A stretch of 64,000 bases of DNA, from positions 186,001-250,000 of the IMG/VR virus record IMGVR_UViG_3300036760_000522. One strand, given 5' to 3'. The stretch's first letter is position 1; each line of letters opens with the position of its first letter. The position numbers and the translations under genes are program-made. Of the stretch, positions 45,123 through 54,804 are shown one piece after another. A model generated the notes under the pieces. That model saw only the letters and a program-made list of their open reading frames with translations, made no database searches and had not been told where the DNA came from.

Positions 45123-46973
45123 TTAAATCGCAAGTGACGACATGTAGTCTTGCGAGTCGTTACCAACCACAACATCCGACTGCGGAAAGAACGCAGACAA
45201 CAAACCTTCAAACTGTATGCCAATGGACTGCAAACGTTTGGTGGCGGAGGCCTGATCAGGCTCCGCAGAGATCGTTGTTACGTCCACATCCTGTAGGGAC
45301 ATCAGTTCCAGATTCAACTTGACGGTCGACTCCGCAGTCTGCAAACGAGCGTACTGTGCCTTGGTCACAGACGCCAGCCCGGACTGATAGATCCTGTCAA
45401 CAGAGCCATAGGCCTTCAAGAGATCCGTGAGTACTTTCTTCGGCACTCGACAGACTCCGCTCAAATTATCACTCGTGTCGCCAAACATGGCTCGCAATTC
45501 GAGCATTTTTCCGGGAGGTACACCAAAACGACGAGATACCTCCGCAGAATCAAAGAGCACTTCATTACGTGCGCCCGTAGCTGGCACCAAAACGTGTGTA
45601 CGGTCAGTAACCAACTGTAGAAAATCCCGGTCCGATGAAAAGATGAGGTTGTTTTGATCAACCAGATCGCGCCTCACCAAAGTCGCAATCACGTCATCCG
45701 CCTCCTCAGCAGGGTTCCAGTGTTGTCTGACCCCTACAACGGGTAGCAGCGTGCGCAGCGTAGCAACCACCCACGAGATGTCCTGGGACTTCCTCGTGGC
45801 CTTGTAGGCAGCATATCGGGCCTTGCGACGTGCTGAGGACCCGTCCCACGCCACCCGCAAGGCTGCGGTCGAGTAACGCTTTCGAAGGGAATCCAAGCTG
45901 CGCAAAAATCCAAGGACGGCTCCGGACGGCTCCCCTTGATGAGTCAGGGTGTTCAGCCCTTTAGCGTAGAAGCAACGGTACGCCAAGGCGTGACCGTCTA
46001 CGATGACGTTGTGTATCAACTTCCCTCCATCCTCTTGTTGTGACGAGAACTGTCGTGACAAGTTGTCGACCTCTTCCCAAAGTTTCTGCAAACGATCAAC
46101 TATGCTCGCCACGTGTTTTAGGTGGCGCCACCACTGACGTATCGTTCGCAAGCCAGTATCAGACAAGCGATACGCGACGACAAACGTGCACAACAAATGT
46201 CCACGACTCTCCAGACGATGGAGACGGTTGTAGTCATCGCAATCACGATGCAACGACTGCCATTGCTGTCGAATCGTGGTATCAAAAGCCAGGAATCCGC
46301 ACAAATAACGCCCAGAAACGTACCACTGATTGACGGATCGGTAATCCCTATAAACATTCACCAGAAAATCTGGCGTCAAAGAGTTCCAACAGAAAATCGC
46401 TCGGGTGTCACGAGTCCACTTCAGCAAAACATCAATACGATCGCGCTGATTGGACCACGTGGCTCGCTCCACAACTTGCAAGGCAGAACGAGGGATCGTC
46501 AACAAGGCTTCCTTGGACCTCAACTTGAGACGAACTTGCACCATGTCGCGTTCCGGTATCTCCTCGTGAACGTCAGCTTGCAAGCCATGATATATGCCTG
46601 TAGTGATCACGACGACGTCGCCGATGCCTATGCCCTGATCCGTGAAAGTGCGGATCTGATTTTGCAATTTCTCTACAGCGTCATCACTTACAGTTGATAG
46701 AGTTCTATTATGTCCTGGTTTCACCAGAACAGAAGTCACGAATTTGGTGCCCTCGAGTTTGAAAAAATCATCAGTTCGACGACGCCCGTCAAGTCTGACA
46801 AATGCGTAGCCGTCCACCAAATACTGATAGGTTCGGCTGCCGCCGACTACAGACACAGCAGCCGGAACAAATACCTCAGCACCCTTCAGTGATCGTGTAA
46901 TAGCGTCCGAAAGGATCTTGGGGTCCTCTTGCTCACCACGAGCGCTCAACTCCAGGACTACCCACTCGCCCAC
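45123..46973 (-). CDS. NusG-family (NGN + KOW) domain fused to a Pol I-type 5'-3' exonuclease/flap endonuclease
   Basis: EWVVL...EVFVP...LVDGYAFV and IGDVVVITTGIYHGLQA (NusG/KOW); IVDGHALAYR, EADDVIA, SSDRDFLQL, GDTSDNL (5'-3' exonuclease). Confidence 0.85.
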   Translation of the reverse strand: MGEWVVLELSARGEQEDPKILSDAITRSLKGAEVFVPAAVSVVGGSRTYQYLVDGYAFVRLDGRRRTDDFFKLEGTKFVTSVLVKPGHNRTLSTVSDDAVEKLQNQIRTFTDQGIGIGDVVVITTGIYHGLQADVHEEIPERDMVQVRLKLRSKEALLTIPRSALQVVERATWSNQRDRIDVLLKWTRDTRAIFCWNSLTPDFLVNVYRDYRSVNQWYVSGRYLCGFLAFDTTIRQQWQSLHRDCDDYNRLHRLESRGHLLCTFVVAYRLSDTGLRTIRQWWRHLKHVASIVDRLQKLWEEVDNLSRQFSSQQEDGGKLIHNVIVDGHALAYRCFYAKGLNTLTHQGEPSGAVLGFLRSLDSLRKRYSTAALRVAWDGSSARRKARYAAYKATRKSQDISWVVATLRTLLPVVGVRQHWNPAEEADDVIATLVRRDLVDQNNLIFSSDRDFLQLVTDRTHVLVPATGARNEVLFDSAEVSRRFGVPPGKMLELRAMFGDTSDNLSGVCRVPKKVLTDLLKAYGSVDRIYQSGLASVTKAQYARLQTAESTVKLNLELMSLQDVDVTTISAEPDQASATKRLQSIGIQFEGLLSAFFPQSDVVVGNDSQDYMSSLAI

Positions 46974-46976
46974 AAG

Positions 46977-48404
46977 TTACACGCCTGTTGCCAGAGTGGT
47001 GTGGAACTGCCAAAATTTCAGACGCCATTCCGGAGGCGTCAAAAATCCTTCTCGTGAGAGGACTTTAGGCTTCGGCACTGGATCCGTCTTCTGTCCTCGT
47101 GACGCTTCTCGAGGAACAGCCACTACATCCATGGATGTCAACGCCTGCACATCAGGGGATCCCAAATTTCCGATCCCGTCTGCACGCAACCCAGTCACTG
47201 TAGGCGCCGCCACGACAAGCTTGGCCGGATTGTGTTGTGGCAGTGCTGGCGTCGACTCTTTAGCTGTCGGTTCCTTAGCTGTCGACATTGCTGTAGGTGC
47301 AGCTGTCGACACAGGAGCAGGTATTGTAGGTGCAGCCACAAAAAACACAGGAGCCTGTTGCTGCGCTGGTCTGTCAGGAGCGCCAGAAGCACACAAGACT
47401 GCATCGCAGATCAAACTTGATCGTGTAACACGTCCAGGCTTCATCAAGTATTCAACCAAACGGATCACGCCGGCTTGATACTTAGTCCAAACACGAGCCG
47501 CCAAGTCACGATCGACGCGTGAGTAGTCAGCTACCATATTGTTGGCCAGACGAAAGCTATTCATCGCAGCCTCAGCCAAGCCCTCAGAAACTGCGTCCGG
47601 AGAAACACGGTCACAGATCTCCTCAATCAACTGTACCGCTGTGGAGGTGTCGCCAAGAGCCAGTAGGATCTCATAGTACCGTGTAACATCCGACAGATTC
47701 AAGTGCTCACGTGCCGAAGTCAGTGTGACAGGACCCAACTGGGCTAGCATCTCCAACGTGTTTAGAGCGTCACGCACATGCCCCAAGGAGTGGTCCACCA
47801 CCGTCCACACAGCGTCGTCTTCGTACGTCACACCCTCTTGAGTAAGAACCCACGTAAGACGTGCAAACACGTGTTCCCGAGTGATCCTCCGAATCTGATG
47901 CTCCTCACAGCGGGAACGGATCGGTGCCCGTATCTTGTCAGGTTCCGTAGTGCAGAAAATACCTACTAGTAGTTTGTCTTCCAACGGCTTCAGCAAAACG
48001 TCCTGGGCATCCCGACTCATGCGATGAACTTCGTCGAAAATGTAAATTCGTTTTGACGCGCCTGCGACCAGAAACGGCAGACTATCGACAATGGCTCTGA
48101 CATTGTCGATAGTGCCTCGACTAGCAGCGTCCATCTCCTGCAAAGCCGGGGCAGTCTCATTCAGTGTATCGAGGCAGTTTTCACACTGATTGCACGGCTC
48201 AGAGTCCTCAGTTAGGGCCTGACACAACAAAGCGCGGGCCAGGATGCGGGCCAGGGTTGTTTTGCCGCGTCCAGCTCCTCCACTGAAAATGTAGCTCGTG
48301 TCGAGCCCTGTGCCTCGACGCAAACGCGACTTCAGGACTTGGACGGCTCCCTCTTGGCCGAGCACGTCGCTGAACCGCAGCGGCCTGTACCTAACATCCC
48401 ACAT
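46977..48404 (-). CDS. dnaX: DNA polymerase III gamma/tau clamp loader
   Basis: RYRPLRFSDVLGQ, GGAGRGKTT, CNQCENC, DEVH, IRSRC. Confidence 0.92.
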   Translation of the reverse strand: MWDVRYRPLRFSDVLGQEGAVQVLKSRLRRGTGLDTSYIFSGGAGRGKTTLARILARALLCQALTEDSEPCNQCENCLDTLNETAPALQEMDAASRGTIDNVRAIVDSLPFLVAGASKRIYIFDEVHRMSRDAQDVLLKPLEDKLLVGIFCTTEPDKIRAPIRSRCEEHQIRRITREHVFARLTWVLTQEGVTYEDDAVWTVVDHSLGHVRDALNTLEMLAQLGPVTLTSAREHLNLSDVTRYYEILLALGDTSTAVQLIEEICDRVSPDAVSEGLAEAAMNSFRLANNMVADYSRVDRDLAARVWTKYQAGVIRLVEYLMKPGRVTRSSLICDAVLCASGAPDRPAQQQAPVFFVAAPTIPAPVSTAAPTAMSTAKEPTAKESTPALPQHNPAKLVVAAPTVTGLRADGIGNLGSPDVQALTSMDVVAVPREASRGQKTDPVPKPKVLSREGFLTPPEWRLKFWQFHTTLATGV

Positions 48405-48416
48405 CGCTGGCAGTGG

Positions 48417-48926
48417 TCAGGAAGACTGTAAGAGGTCGCTGCTGCCGTTTGTCTCTTGATCGGCTTCCTGTAAGCTATCAGTCGACAAGAACGAAATGTC
48501 GATCTTCTGTGCAACGCTCACAAACCCTGTCAGCTGATCATGCCAGGCACCGTGCCGCTCCAGGATCTTTTGGAACTCGGCGATGTCTGGCTCACGAAGC
48601 TTCCAGGTCATCTCCCCTGTTTCTTCGTCTTCTTCACCTGTACAGCGTTCCAAGTAGTGGTCAACTAACGCGGTGCGTTGATCTGCATCAAGAGTTTTCC
48701 AGACGTCCGCCGCGATCTCGATGACGAAATCACAATCCAGAGCCCATTCCAAGAAGCCACTGATCCGCCGGGATTTTCCCGGGATCGGGCGGCCATTCTT
48801 ATCGGTCGATGCCTCACTTACAAAAACGTACATCAAACGGGCATCTGCCAACTCAGAGTGGTATTTTGGAATCAACGCCACCGCAACCTTCTCCACAGCT
48901 TCACCTTCAGACCAAACTTTCGACAT
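48417..48926 (-). CDS. Putative phage metallopeptidase-like protein (degenerate metal site)
   Basis: DFVIEI...W...QRTALVDHYLERC...PDIAEF...ERHG; AAGGAGG SD. Confidence 0.7.
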   Translation of the reverse strand: MSKVWSEGEAVEKVAVALIPKYHSELADARLMYVFVSEASTDKNGRPIPGKSRRISGFLEWALDCDFVIEIAADVWKTLDADQRTALVDHYLERCTGEEDEETGEMTWKLREPDIAEFQKILERHGAWHDQLTGFVSVAQKIDISFLSTDSLQEADQETNGSSDLLQSS

Positions 48927-48941
48927 AATTTGAGACCTCCT

Positions 48942-49637
48942 TCAAATCGACACAACACCAGCACCAGCAAAAAGTCGTCGCAATTCGGCGTCACCAAGTT
49001 CCTCCCACAGCTCGCCGGGATCTTTGGTCATCCCGCCTCGTTTTCTGGCCACGCGCAAACAGACGTCGTGTATCCGGAACTCCGAGCCGTAATGATCCTG
49101 AAATCTCCGCACAGCCCGCCTACCCTCCAAATCCGCATCAGCTAGGAGGACTATGTCCGAAACCATGCGTCGGAGAAATCTGAGCATCAGGCGCGACGGA
49201 GACAAGCCAAGGACCGCAGCTGTCTCCGGGAACACGCGCTCAACAGGGAAGAAATCAAAGACACCCTCAACCAACACAGCGCGTTGTGCTGCCCAAATTA
49301 TCGGAGCCGTAACCCCTAAGCCAAACGAGCACAACACGTTGCGATCCACCACATAGTCGTGGTACCCGCGAACAGCTTGGTCGATGCTTCGAAACTGAAA
49401 TCCTCGCACACACCCAAGAGCATCCGTTAGGGGAAAGAGGAAAGCGTTGTCCAGCTTTCGACCCGCCCACCACAGCTGAAACTCCTTCGGCACGAAAGAG
49501 GGCAGAGGGGAATTCAAAAATCCCACTTGATGCCGAACGATCTGATCGTTTGACGCACCTCGTGCCCACAGGGCTTCCTGTGCCTGTGTTCCATCTAAGC
49601 CCTGAGCATGGTGAACAAGATCATCTAGCCAGGTCAT
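48942..49637 (-). CDS. DnaG-like primase catalytic/Toprim domain without zinc-binding domain
   Basis: FLFPL...GFQFR, LVEGVFD, ADAD, KDPGE. Confidence 0.8.
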   Translation of the reverse strand: MTWLDDLVHHAQGLDGTQAQEALWARGASNDQIVRHQVGFLNSPLPSFVPKEFQLWWAGRKLDNAFLFPLTDALGCVRGFQFRSIDQAVRGYHDYVVDRNVLCSFGLGVTAPIIWAAQRAVLVEGVFDFFPVERVFPETAAVLGLSPSRLMLRFLRRMVSDIVLLADADLEGRRAVRRFQDHYGSEFRIHDVCLRVARKRGGMTKDPGELWEELGDAELRRLFAGAGVVSI

Positions 49638-50244
49638 GAATCACAACCACAGCGCGATCCGCCTTGATCAAGCACACAGACACATGATCATCAGAACGAA
49701 AATAGAAGCCTGCATCCTTCGGATCCGCGAACAGGAGAGCGACGTTGTCAGCCAAAGCATCCCCAGCACAGACTACTTTGAGAGATTGAACCGTCGTGAC
49801 ACAGCCACGCGTCAGCATCAAATGATCAGCATCGCTCTCGGATAGACCTCCTTCGCAAACGAGGTGCAAGAGTTTGTATGGCAAAACGAGAGAACTCGGG
49901 TACAGGCCTGCTTCTCTGACTCTGTCGTACGCTGATCGAAAAGAAGTGCAGCGATTTCCCCACGAGTAAAAAGTCGACAGCTTGTCCAGCTCACTGTACA
50001 ACGCACTCAAAAGAGAGGCTTCTTTTTCCATCTCACAAACAGCGAAAGCGTGACGCACCATCCCCTCCAAAGGTCGAGTTAAGGTGAACCTTCCACTAGT
50101 CAATGAAGCGACGACAGGGGTGTCATTCTCACGAACCTGACGGGCCCCACAAATAGGAGCCACGAAATCACCATCGGGCCCCATCCGACGCCCAATACGC
50201 TCAAACTGCAAGCAGCATCGAAGAGCGGACACCAACATTTTCAC
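49621..50244 (-). CDS. Hypothetical protein
   Basis: 207-aa ORF within the operon. Confidence 0.7.
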   Translation of the reverse strand: MKMLVSALRCCLQFERIGRRMGPDGDFVAPICGARQVRENDTPVVASLTSGRFTLTRPLEGMVRHAFAVCEMEKEASLLSALYSELDKLSTFYSWGNRCTSFRSAYDRVREAGLYPSSLVLPYKLLHLVCEGGLSESDADHLMLTRGCVTTVQSLKVVCAGDALADNVALLFADPKDAGFYFRSDDHVSVCLIKADRAVVVIHDLAR

Positions 50245-50768
50245 TCACCCAATCGTTGCAAGCTCAAGCGTCTGGACACTGCCCTCAACCACTTGCTCCG
50301 TCTGGTCCTCCACACTAAAATAAGGCTTTGCCACCAAGTCAGGGTTGGTGCAGAAACAGCTTGCAGTATCCACACAAGTTCAAATACTTGGGGCAAGTTT
50401 TGCTCAAGCCAAGCAAGGTCTTGTAGTTGGTCGCGATATGTTGTTAAAACATCACCCCTGGTTGTTTTCGAAGTGTAGTACGGACACGCTAGTGCCATCT
50501 CAACGTCTTCACAAATCGTGCCGGGCCACGACACAACATCCTCCGACCCTAACATACACAAACCGATCGTCGCTTCACCCGCCAACGCAATCCTGTTGTA
50601 GTTGGGATTGTCGATCTCACCGATCCGACGGCGAGTGTCAAGAGGATGCCGGTAGTTGTGTTTACAATGGTGCGGCTGCCGCTGCTCGATCTCAGCTAGT
50701 CGTCTGACCAACTCCTCGTTCACAAGGTAGCGGACACGAGCCTCGACTTCTTGTCGTGATCGCATCAC
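50241..50768 (-). CDS. Hypothetical Cys-containing protein
   Basis: 175-aa ORF within the operon. Confidence 0.7.
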   Translation of the reverse strand: MMRSRQEVEARVRYLVNEELVRRLAEIEQRQPHHCKHNYRHPLDTRRRIGEIDNPNYNRIALAGEATIGLCMLGSEDVVSWPGTICEDVEMALACPYYTSKTTRGDVLTTYRDQLQDLAWLEQNLPQVFELVWILQAVSAPTLTWWQSLILVWRTRRSKWLRAVSRRLSLQRLGE

Positions 50769-50771
50769 TAA

Positions 50772-51455
50772 CTACGCTCGACGCAAAACGAGATGGGTAC
50801 CATCAGAGACCTCTTCCTCTTGACACCGGTAAGCCGAGTGTGCGTGATCCAGAAAAGCGGTCTTCTGTGTGACCAGAAGGACGTCGAAACCAAGACGGTC
50901 CGCTAAATCTCGAATGAAACGCCCCGCGGCGTCAACGTAGTCGTCAGACACAGCTGCCAACGACTCATCTAAGATCAGAAATGGCCAAAGCTTCAATTTC
51001 TTGATCGCCAAGATTCTCAAGATCAAAGATACCACGGAACTAGGGCCTCCTCCGAAGGAGTCCAAAGGGGGTCCGACATGTGAAAAAGGGTCGTCTAGAG
51101 TACCTCGACGTATAGCGAACTCGACTGAAATCTTGTTGTACTTCGGACCAACATCCGACTCCAAACTGAGATTCAGGTCGTGGAACACTGTGTGTAAGCC
51201 TTCCGTCGCCACACGCTCTACAGAGCGAACTTGTTGGTTGACGAGCTGATCCATCAAAATGTGGAACAGCTCACCGACCTTGGACAGAATCTCGATCTCT
51301 GCGTCCAAATCGCGGATTTTTTTCGCACAAGAATCTGCATCAGATTGTACGGAGTCACGCAAAGTGTGTAGCTTGACGGCTTTCTGTACGACCAGATCTG
51401 TGCGCCGCGTGAGATCCGCTACGTCATGGACGTTGTGAAGCGCGACACTTGACAC
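50772..51455 (-). CDS. sbcC: SbcC/Rad50 C-terminal half (signature motif + Walker B)
   Basis: Coiled coil, then SFGGG, FLILDESLAAVS, LLVTQ. Confidence 0.8.
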   Translation of the reverse strand: MSSVALHNVHDVADLTRRTDLVVQKAVKLHTLRDSVQSDADSCAKKIRDLDAEIEILSKVGELFHILMDQLVNQQVRSVERVATEGLHTVFHDLNLSLESDVGPKYNKISVEFAIRRGTLDDPFSHVGPPLDSFGGGPSSVVSLILRILAIKKLKLWPFLILDESLAAVSDDYVDAAGRFIRDLADRLGFDVLLVTQKTAFLDHAHSAYRCQEEEVSDGTHLVLRRA

Positions 51456-52693
51456 AGGTGTGCTCCCTCTTGTCCTTCAGTAGGAACCACCAATTTTCCT
51501 GACTCCGTCAAGTGATACTCATCCACTGTACAAAAGGCCAAACGAGTCGAACTTTTTTTCTCCTCAGTGCCGGTGGTAGCAGCAGCCTTGGACGGTATCA
51601 GCAATGCACGAAGCTCCACCAAATGGCTCTTGGACTTGTCAAATAGAGACAAAAAACTACGAATGTTGATGTTAGAAGCAAACGTGGGTTTCTCTGCCTG
51701 CCGGACAGGATCTGTCTCGACGGGCATGCTCGTCACAACATCCGAATCCAAACTGCAACGAAACAGCAGCTTTGAATCTTCGTACGTGACTCGCACCTTG
51801 TCTTGTGGACGGTCCCCGAACTCTGCAATCATCTGCCGCAGCACTCGAACAATCTGGTCCCGAGGCACACGCAGAATGAACTTGGCGTATTCGTCCGGCG
51901 GATAGCCGTAGCGACTATGCTCTTGAACGTGCCTCGTCCAACCAAACACTGACTTGATCTCGGACGAGCCGGGGACCTGGTCTTTCGCGAAACACATCCG
52001 CTCTTCAACCTGAACACGGACTGTCGGAGAACACTTGGACAAGTAACTGATCAACATAGGGACATGGTGCGCATGGATGCCAAACCCTTTGTCCTTCAGT
52101 GACGGACTGTGAAAATGACAAACACGTTGTCCGTCCGCTGCAAAAAAAGTGCCGTTACCAGATGCGTACTCTGCACGAGCACTGTCGAACAACTGTGCAA
52201 CACGCAACGGATTCGACTCATCGGTGCCGTCAGGTGCCAAGTAGTCCGCCACCTGTGACAAGGCTTCCCGCAAGAGTACTGTCGAGAACACGTAATCCGT
52301 ATCCTGTGCGCTTCTCTTGATACTCGTAAATGCAGATTTATAGAAATCTGGATCATGTGACGATCTATCAGCGGTGACGCCCTCCTCGGTACGATACTTC
52401 ACCCAATGGCGGTCTCCGTCCTTGCCAGGCTCAATCTCAATCCAACCGTTCAAATGCTTCAAAGCTTCGACACGATCAGCCGGCCACGAAAACATCATGG
52501 CGCCTTCACCATCAACCATTTCGCACGGTATGGACACTCGAGAGTAGTGAAAGCGGTCCTGAGAATGCACCAACATCTGGTCATCCTGTGTAGTAAACAG
52601 GTAGGCTTTCTCGTGGTCCACACTCAAAGGCTTGACTACCGAGACACGGTTCAAAGCCTCATTCAGATCCTTCAGCTGTACCCTGACCTTCAT
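51419..52693 (-). CDS. DNA polymerase III beta sliding-clamp-like protein
   Basis: Starts MKVRVQLKDLNEALNRV; FFAADGQRV; three-domain size; DnaX nearby. Confidence 0.65.
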   Translation of the reverse strand: MKVRVQLKDLNEALNRVSVVKPLSVDHEKAYLFTTQDDQMLVHSQDRFHYSRVSIPCEMVDGEGAMMFSWPADRVEALKHLNGWIEIEPGKDGDRHWVKYRTEEGVTADRSSHDPDFYKSAFTSIKRSAQDTDYVFSTVLLREALSQVADYLAPDGTDESNPLRVAQLFDSARAEYASGNGTFFAADGQRVCHFHSPSLKDKGFGIHAHHVPMLISYLSKCSPTVRVQVEERMCFAKDQVPGSSEIKSVFGWTRHVQEHSRYGYPPDEYAKFILRVPRDQIVRVLRQMIAEFGDRPQDKVRVTYEDSKLLFRCSLDSDVVTSMPVETDPVRQAEKPTFASNINIRSFLSLFDKSKSHLVELRALLIPSKAAATTGTEEKKSSTRLAFCTVDEYHLTESGKLVVPTEGQEGAHLCQVSRFTTSMT

Positions 52694-52968
52694 TTCATTT
52701 CTCCTTCAAACGCAGCTAGCGCCTTCTCTACTTCTTGTAGTTTGCCTTCAAAGTCTTTCAATCGCTCCTCGAGATCCGCTTGTAGCTTCTCCCGTGTCTC
52801 CTTCAGGGTCTTCGGGTTGTACCCCGCCTTCTCGATTTCCTGAGTCAGAGCAATCAGCTCCTGTTTCTTGGCGGCTAAGAGTCCACCCAAGGTGCTCCGC
52901 TTCTCCGAAGCAGCAGCATAACGTTTACTCAGCTCATCGACCTTGGCTTGAATCAGTTCTGGCGTCAT
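52690..52968 (-). CDS. Pure coiled-coil protein (92 aa)
   Basis: Start reassigned to ATG 52968 (10 nt after GGTGT); heptad pattern. Confidence 0.75.
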   Translation of the reverse strand: MTPELIQAKVDELSKRYAAASEKRSTLGGLLAAKKQELIALTQEIEKAGYNPKTLKETREKLQADLEERLKDFEGKLQEVEKALAAFEGEMK

Positions 52969-53836
52969 ATTTTTTCTTACACCCAAACGAGTAGTCACAA
53001 AACTGGCACTGCTGACGCGTCGGCTTAGGCACGAAGACCTGATCAGGGTCCTCTCCGTCGGCTAGATGGCGTAACAGTCCACGAATCTCTACAACAACAC
53101 CAAGAGTGGCCTCGTAGAGGTCGTCTAGATCATTTTTTACAGGCTCGTACCAATCAACGCTTTCTGGTGGCCAATATCTCCAGAAAACAAAACCCACACG
53201 ATCTGGCACGTAACCATAGCGACGCTCACAGAGCATTGCGTACCAAGCTAGCTGTTTGGGGTCTTCGTACTTCTCACGCCAGCGAGACCCCTTACCATCC
53301 AAGATCACACGATCGTTGTTGGGCCGGGTCCTGTGCATCATGAAGTCAGACCGTCCTGCAAGAGTTGCGGCCGGGAGACGCAAATCCAACTTGTGCTCAA
53401 CGCGAACTTTTTTGCCGAGTAACCTGTAGTGTCGAATTATCTGGAGACCACGAGCGACTGTGGCCCGCACATCCGACATAAGTTCATTCAGGTCAACGTA
53501 GAGCGCTTTGGGATGCTCAGCGTCCCGCCAACCTAAGTACGCCTTAGGACTCCCGTCCTTGTCCTGTGTGCGATAACGTATCGTGCGCGTCACGGTCTCG
53601 TCGACACGTGCCAATAGCCAAGCTGTGGCGTCAGCGTCCCGCCAACCCTCATCGACATAAAATCTGCCGAACAGGTTCCCCACGGCGTCCCCATAAAGGG
53701 TCGCAAGTGTATCTGGCAACCCGGGCAAAATCGTACCGTTCACGTAACGATGCCAATAAGCGTAGGGACAGTTCCCGTACAGCCTTCGACCGGAATACGA
53801 GATGTACCCGTCCCAAAGACCGTCAACTCTGATCAT
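52934..53836 (-). CDS. PD-(D/E)XK (RecB/AddB/Cas4-like) nuclease with 4-Cys cluster
   Basis: ISYS...CPY, GRSDF, ILDGK, QLAWYA, CQFCDYSFGC. Confidence 0.85.
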   Translation of the reverse strand: MIRVDGLWDGYISYSGRRLYGNCPYAYWHRYVNGTILPGLPDTLATLYGDAVGNLFGRFYVDEGWRDADATAWLLARVDETVTRTIRYRTQDKDGSPKAYLGWRDAEHPKALYVDLNELMSDVRATVARGLQIIRHYRLLGKKVRVEHKLDLRLPAATLAGRSDFMMHRTRPNNDRVILDGKGSRWREKYEDPKQLAWYAMLCERRYGYVPDRVGFVFWRYWPPESVDWYEPVKNDLDDLYEATLGVVVEIRGLLRHLADGEDPDQVFVPKPTRQQCQFCDYSFGCKKKYDARTDSSQGR

Positions 53837-54804
53837 GAAGCAATGCGAGCCCGTTCCAGATAGGCCAACGCACGTACCCGTACCTCTGGTGCAAAATCTA
53901 GCTTCTCGACACTCGTCACGAAGTCATCATCCGCGGATGTTTCAAGCTCCGTCTCAAGCTGTTTCACAAACTGATTGATCACAACAACCTGTTGGTCTTC
54001 TCTGGTCTTCCGATCGAAGTCAAAGACTTCTTCAGGCGGAGCCACAGTAAGAGGAATGTCCTCCACCTCAATGCCGTCCTGTGTGATCGTCAGGACAGCT
54101 ACCTTCGGCACGCGATTGATGTTCTCGTGCGTCAATGCTCCTCGAGACACAGCGCCTTGATTGACGAAGATTCGACCATTCAAACTTACAATGCCTTGAT
54201 CCCGATGCCAATGACCGAAACAAAATACATCCGGACCGCCTTCGTAGATGAGAGTCTGATACCGGAAGACTGGCTCGCCAAAGAACTCCTCGACGTGTGC
54301 CGGCGGATTCTCGCCGGCCAACGCGTGGACCACCGCAATCAAATGTGTGTCCCCCGGTTGCTTTCGTATTGCCTGGATCTCTTCCACCGTCCGATGAGCA
54401 CTATACGGAACGCCCACTACACGCACTCTCAAACCACCGTCCTCGAAGACGACGTCACGGAGATGGCGAAAACAGGTCTGATACAAGACACCCAACGGTT
54501 GCTGAGATATCGTATCCAAATTATCCCCGACGACATCGTGGTTACCCTCAACGCACCAGACAGGGCACGGGTAGTTCGCGTGTAGCTCCAACACCTTCAC
54601 AACAAGTGCGTGAGATGTCCTGGACGCGGTCTTAACGTGAATAAAGTCTCCGCCATCCAAAACAGCCACAGCGCGACGTGCCTTAGCAATCTCTCCGATT
54701 TGTGTGAGGCTAGACAGAATCTCGGCCAGATAGTCCCCCTTCCAACTAGGAGGTGAGCGGTCAGCGGCGTGTACGTCAGTACGGTAAACAAAAACCAGAC
54801 TCAT
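53833..54804 (-). CDS. sbcD: SbcD/Mre11 metallophosphoesterase nuclease
   Basis: TDVH, GGDF, GNHD, VVH, GHWH, NQGAVSR. Confidence 0.88.
   Translation of the reverse strand: MSLVFVYRTDVHAADRSPPSWKGDYLAEILSSLTQIGEIAKARRAVAVLDGGDFIHVKTASRTSHALVVKVLELHANYPCPVWCVEGNHDVVGDNLDTISQQPLGVLYQTCFRHLRDVVFEDGGLRVRVVGVPYSAHRTVEEIQAIRKQPGDTHLIAVVHALAGENPPAHVEEFFGEPVFRYQTLIYEGGPDVFCFGHWHRDQGIVSLNGRIFVNQGAVSRGALTHENINRVPKVAVLTITQDGIEVEDIPLTVAPPEEVFDFDRKTREDQQVVVINQFVKQLETELETSADDDFVTSVEKLDFAPEVRVRALAYLERARIAS

Noticed and set aside
46918-47478. 186-aa plus-strand ORF
   Set aside because: It is antisense to the Pro/Ala/Thr-rich linker of DnaX.
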